A stretch of 64,000 nt of DNA. It comes from Bilabrum cf. latius (taxonomy: Eukaryota). The stretch's first letter is position 1. Each line of letters opens with the position of its first letter. The notes under the pieces were generated by a model, which did no database searches, was not told the DNA's origin, and was given only the letters and a program-made list of their open reading frames with translations. Shown here piece by piece: positions 62,898-64,000 of this stretch. The stretch lies in assembly GCA_965178125.1 (NCBI GenBank), contig OZ237773.1, positions 372,001-436,000 of the forward strand, given 5' to 3'. The position numbers and the translations under genes were made by a program.

Positions 62898-64000
62898 TCA
62901 GCGTGCCCGGCTGCCCGAACGAGACCGAGAGCGCCGCCTCGTTCGACGCGACCTCTCCTAGCTAGTAGCATGTCCACCCACCGATGGGCCACCCTGCTGC
63001 ACCTGGCGCTCAGCGGGCACAGGCGCTTGCGCAGCAGCTGCAGAGCTGCTGGCAGCTCCTGATGCACTCGCCGCTCTAGGGACGTCGCCCCTCGGGGGCG
63101 ATTCCCACCGCTTGCGGGGCGGCGCCTCATCCTCCCCCCCTCGATCGCCCCTGCGCTGCCATCTCGGCTGCTTGTCACCCCCCCTCCAGTCTCGGCCCCT
63201 GTCATCACCATCTCTGCGCCAGTCCCTCCCTCGTTCATCTCCACGCGACCAACGCCCCCGATCCGCTCTGTCTCCGCCCCACCGATCTTGCCCCCGGCCT
63301 CGCCCATCCCCTCCCCACCTGTCCCTTCTTTCCCCACCCCTACCCCCCCGCCGCTCCTCCCCCCTGGGAGCGTCCCCCCCGCCCTCTCCCGCCCCCCGCC
63401 GCCTCACCATGAGCGCCTCCTCCCTAGCAGCCTCGATCTCACGCTGCGAACGGCCCTCCTCCCGCCTGCGCTTCGCCTCCAGCGCGGCCCGTCTCGCCCC
63501 GCCGATCTCCTCCCGCACCTCCTTCGCCTCCAGCGCGGCTCGTCTCGCCGCCTCTAGCTCCCTGTCTTCCTCCTCGCCCGCACCCCTCGCCCCATTCGGA
63601 GACGCACTCCTGCTGCGGCCTCTCCTGCCCTCCCTCTCGATCTAGGCGCGCCCCCGCCTCTTGTCCGCGAACAAGTCATCGCCCTGCCCCTCGCCCTTGC
63701 CCTCACCCTCGGCCTCGGCTCGATCATTCTTACCACCCCGAGCCCCATCCTGGCCGTCGGTCACTATGCCACCTCTCTCGGTCCTACCCCGCTTCTTGGG
63801 AGGTGCGCCATCCTACCCTCGCCACGGCCTGCCTCCGGACCTGCCCTTCGACCTCGACCTCGAACTCGACCTCGACCTAGATCTAGATCTAGACCTAGAC
63901 TCTGACGATGACGGAGACCTGCTTCTGCCCCTTCTTCTGCTACCTCCACCATCCCGTGGTGGACTCCTCCTACGCTTGGAACCTGCCACCGGCCTGCCCC
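62898..64000 (-). CDS. 3' part of an RS/RD-rich protein (splicing-factor-like), partial
   Basis: SRSRSRSRSRSSSRSRSK and RDRWGGD repeats. The frame reads through TAGs (including 63642 and 62958) to TGA 62898. Confidence 0.6.

Noticed and set aside
1-64000. Recoded phage or prokaryote (TAG=Gln phages, or pyrrolysine)
   Set aside because: The window has spliceosomal introns and eukaryote-specific genes, and no pyl genes. TAG contexts match Gln repeats.

Overview
This is GC-rich, gene-dense nuclear DNA from a eukaryote, probably a heterotrophic protist. It has short GT-AG spliceosomal introns, eukaryote-specific genes (WNK kinase, USP deubiquitinase, BAR protein, microsomal P450) and long low-complexity insertions. 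The supplied ORF track is fragmented because TAG is not a stop codon here. Almost every gene reads through in-frame TAGs and ends at TGA or, rarely, TAA. TAG alternates with CAG inside (EQ)n, (QP)n and poly-Q repeats and sits at Gln positions of conserved motifs. This points to a nuclear code with UAG=Gln in which UAA remains a stop. Retranslated this way, the window holds about 18 genes, including a ~5900-aa USP and a ~3270-aa WNK-like kinase. A second unexplained signal is the 12-mer GTGTGACGAGTG/CACTCGTCACAC, with about 19 exact copies on both strands, in several reading frames and in non-coding DNA. All product calls come from motifs recognised by eye; no database searches were run.
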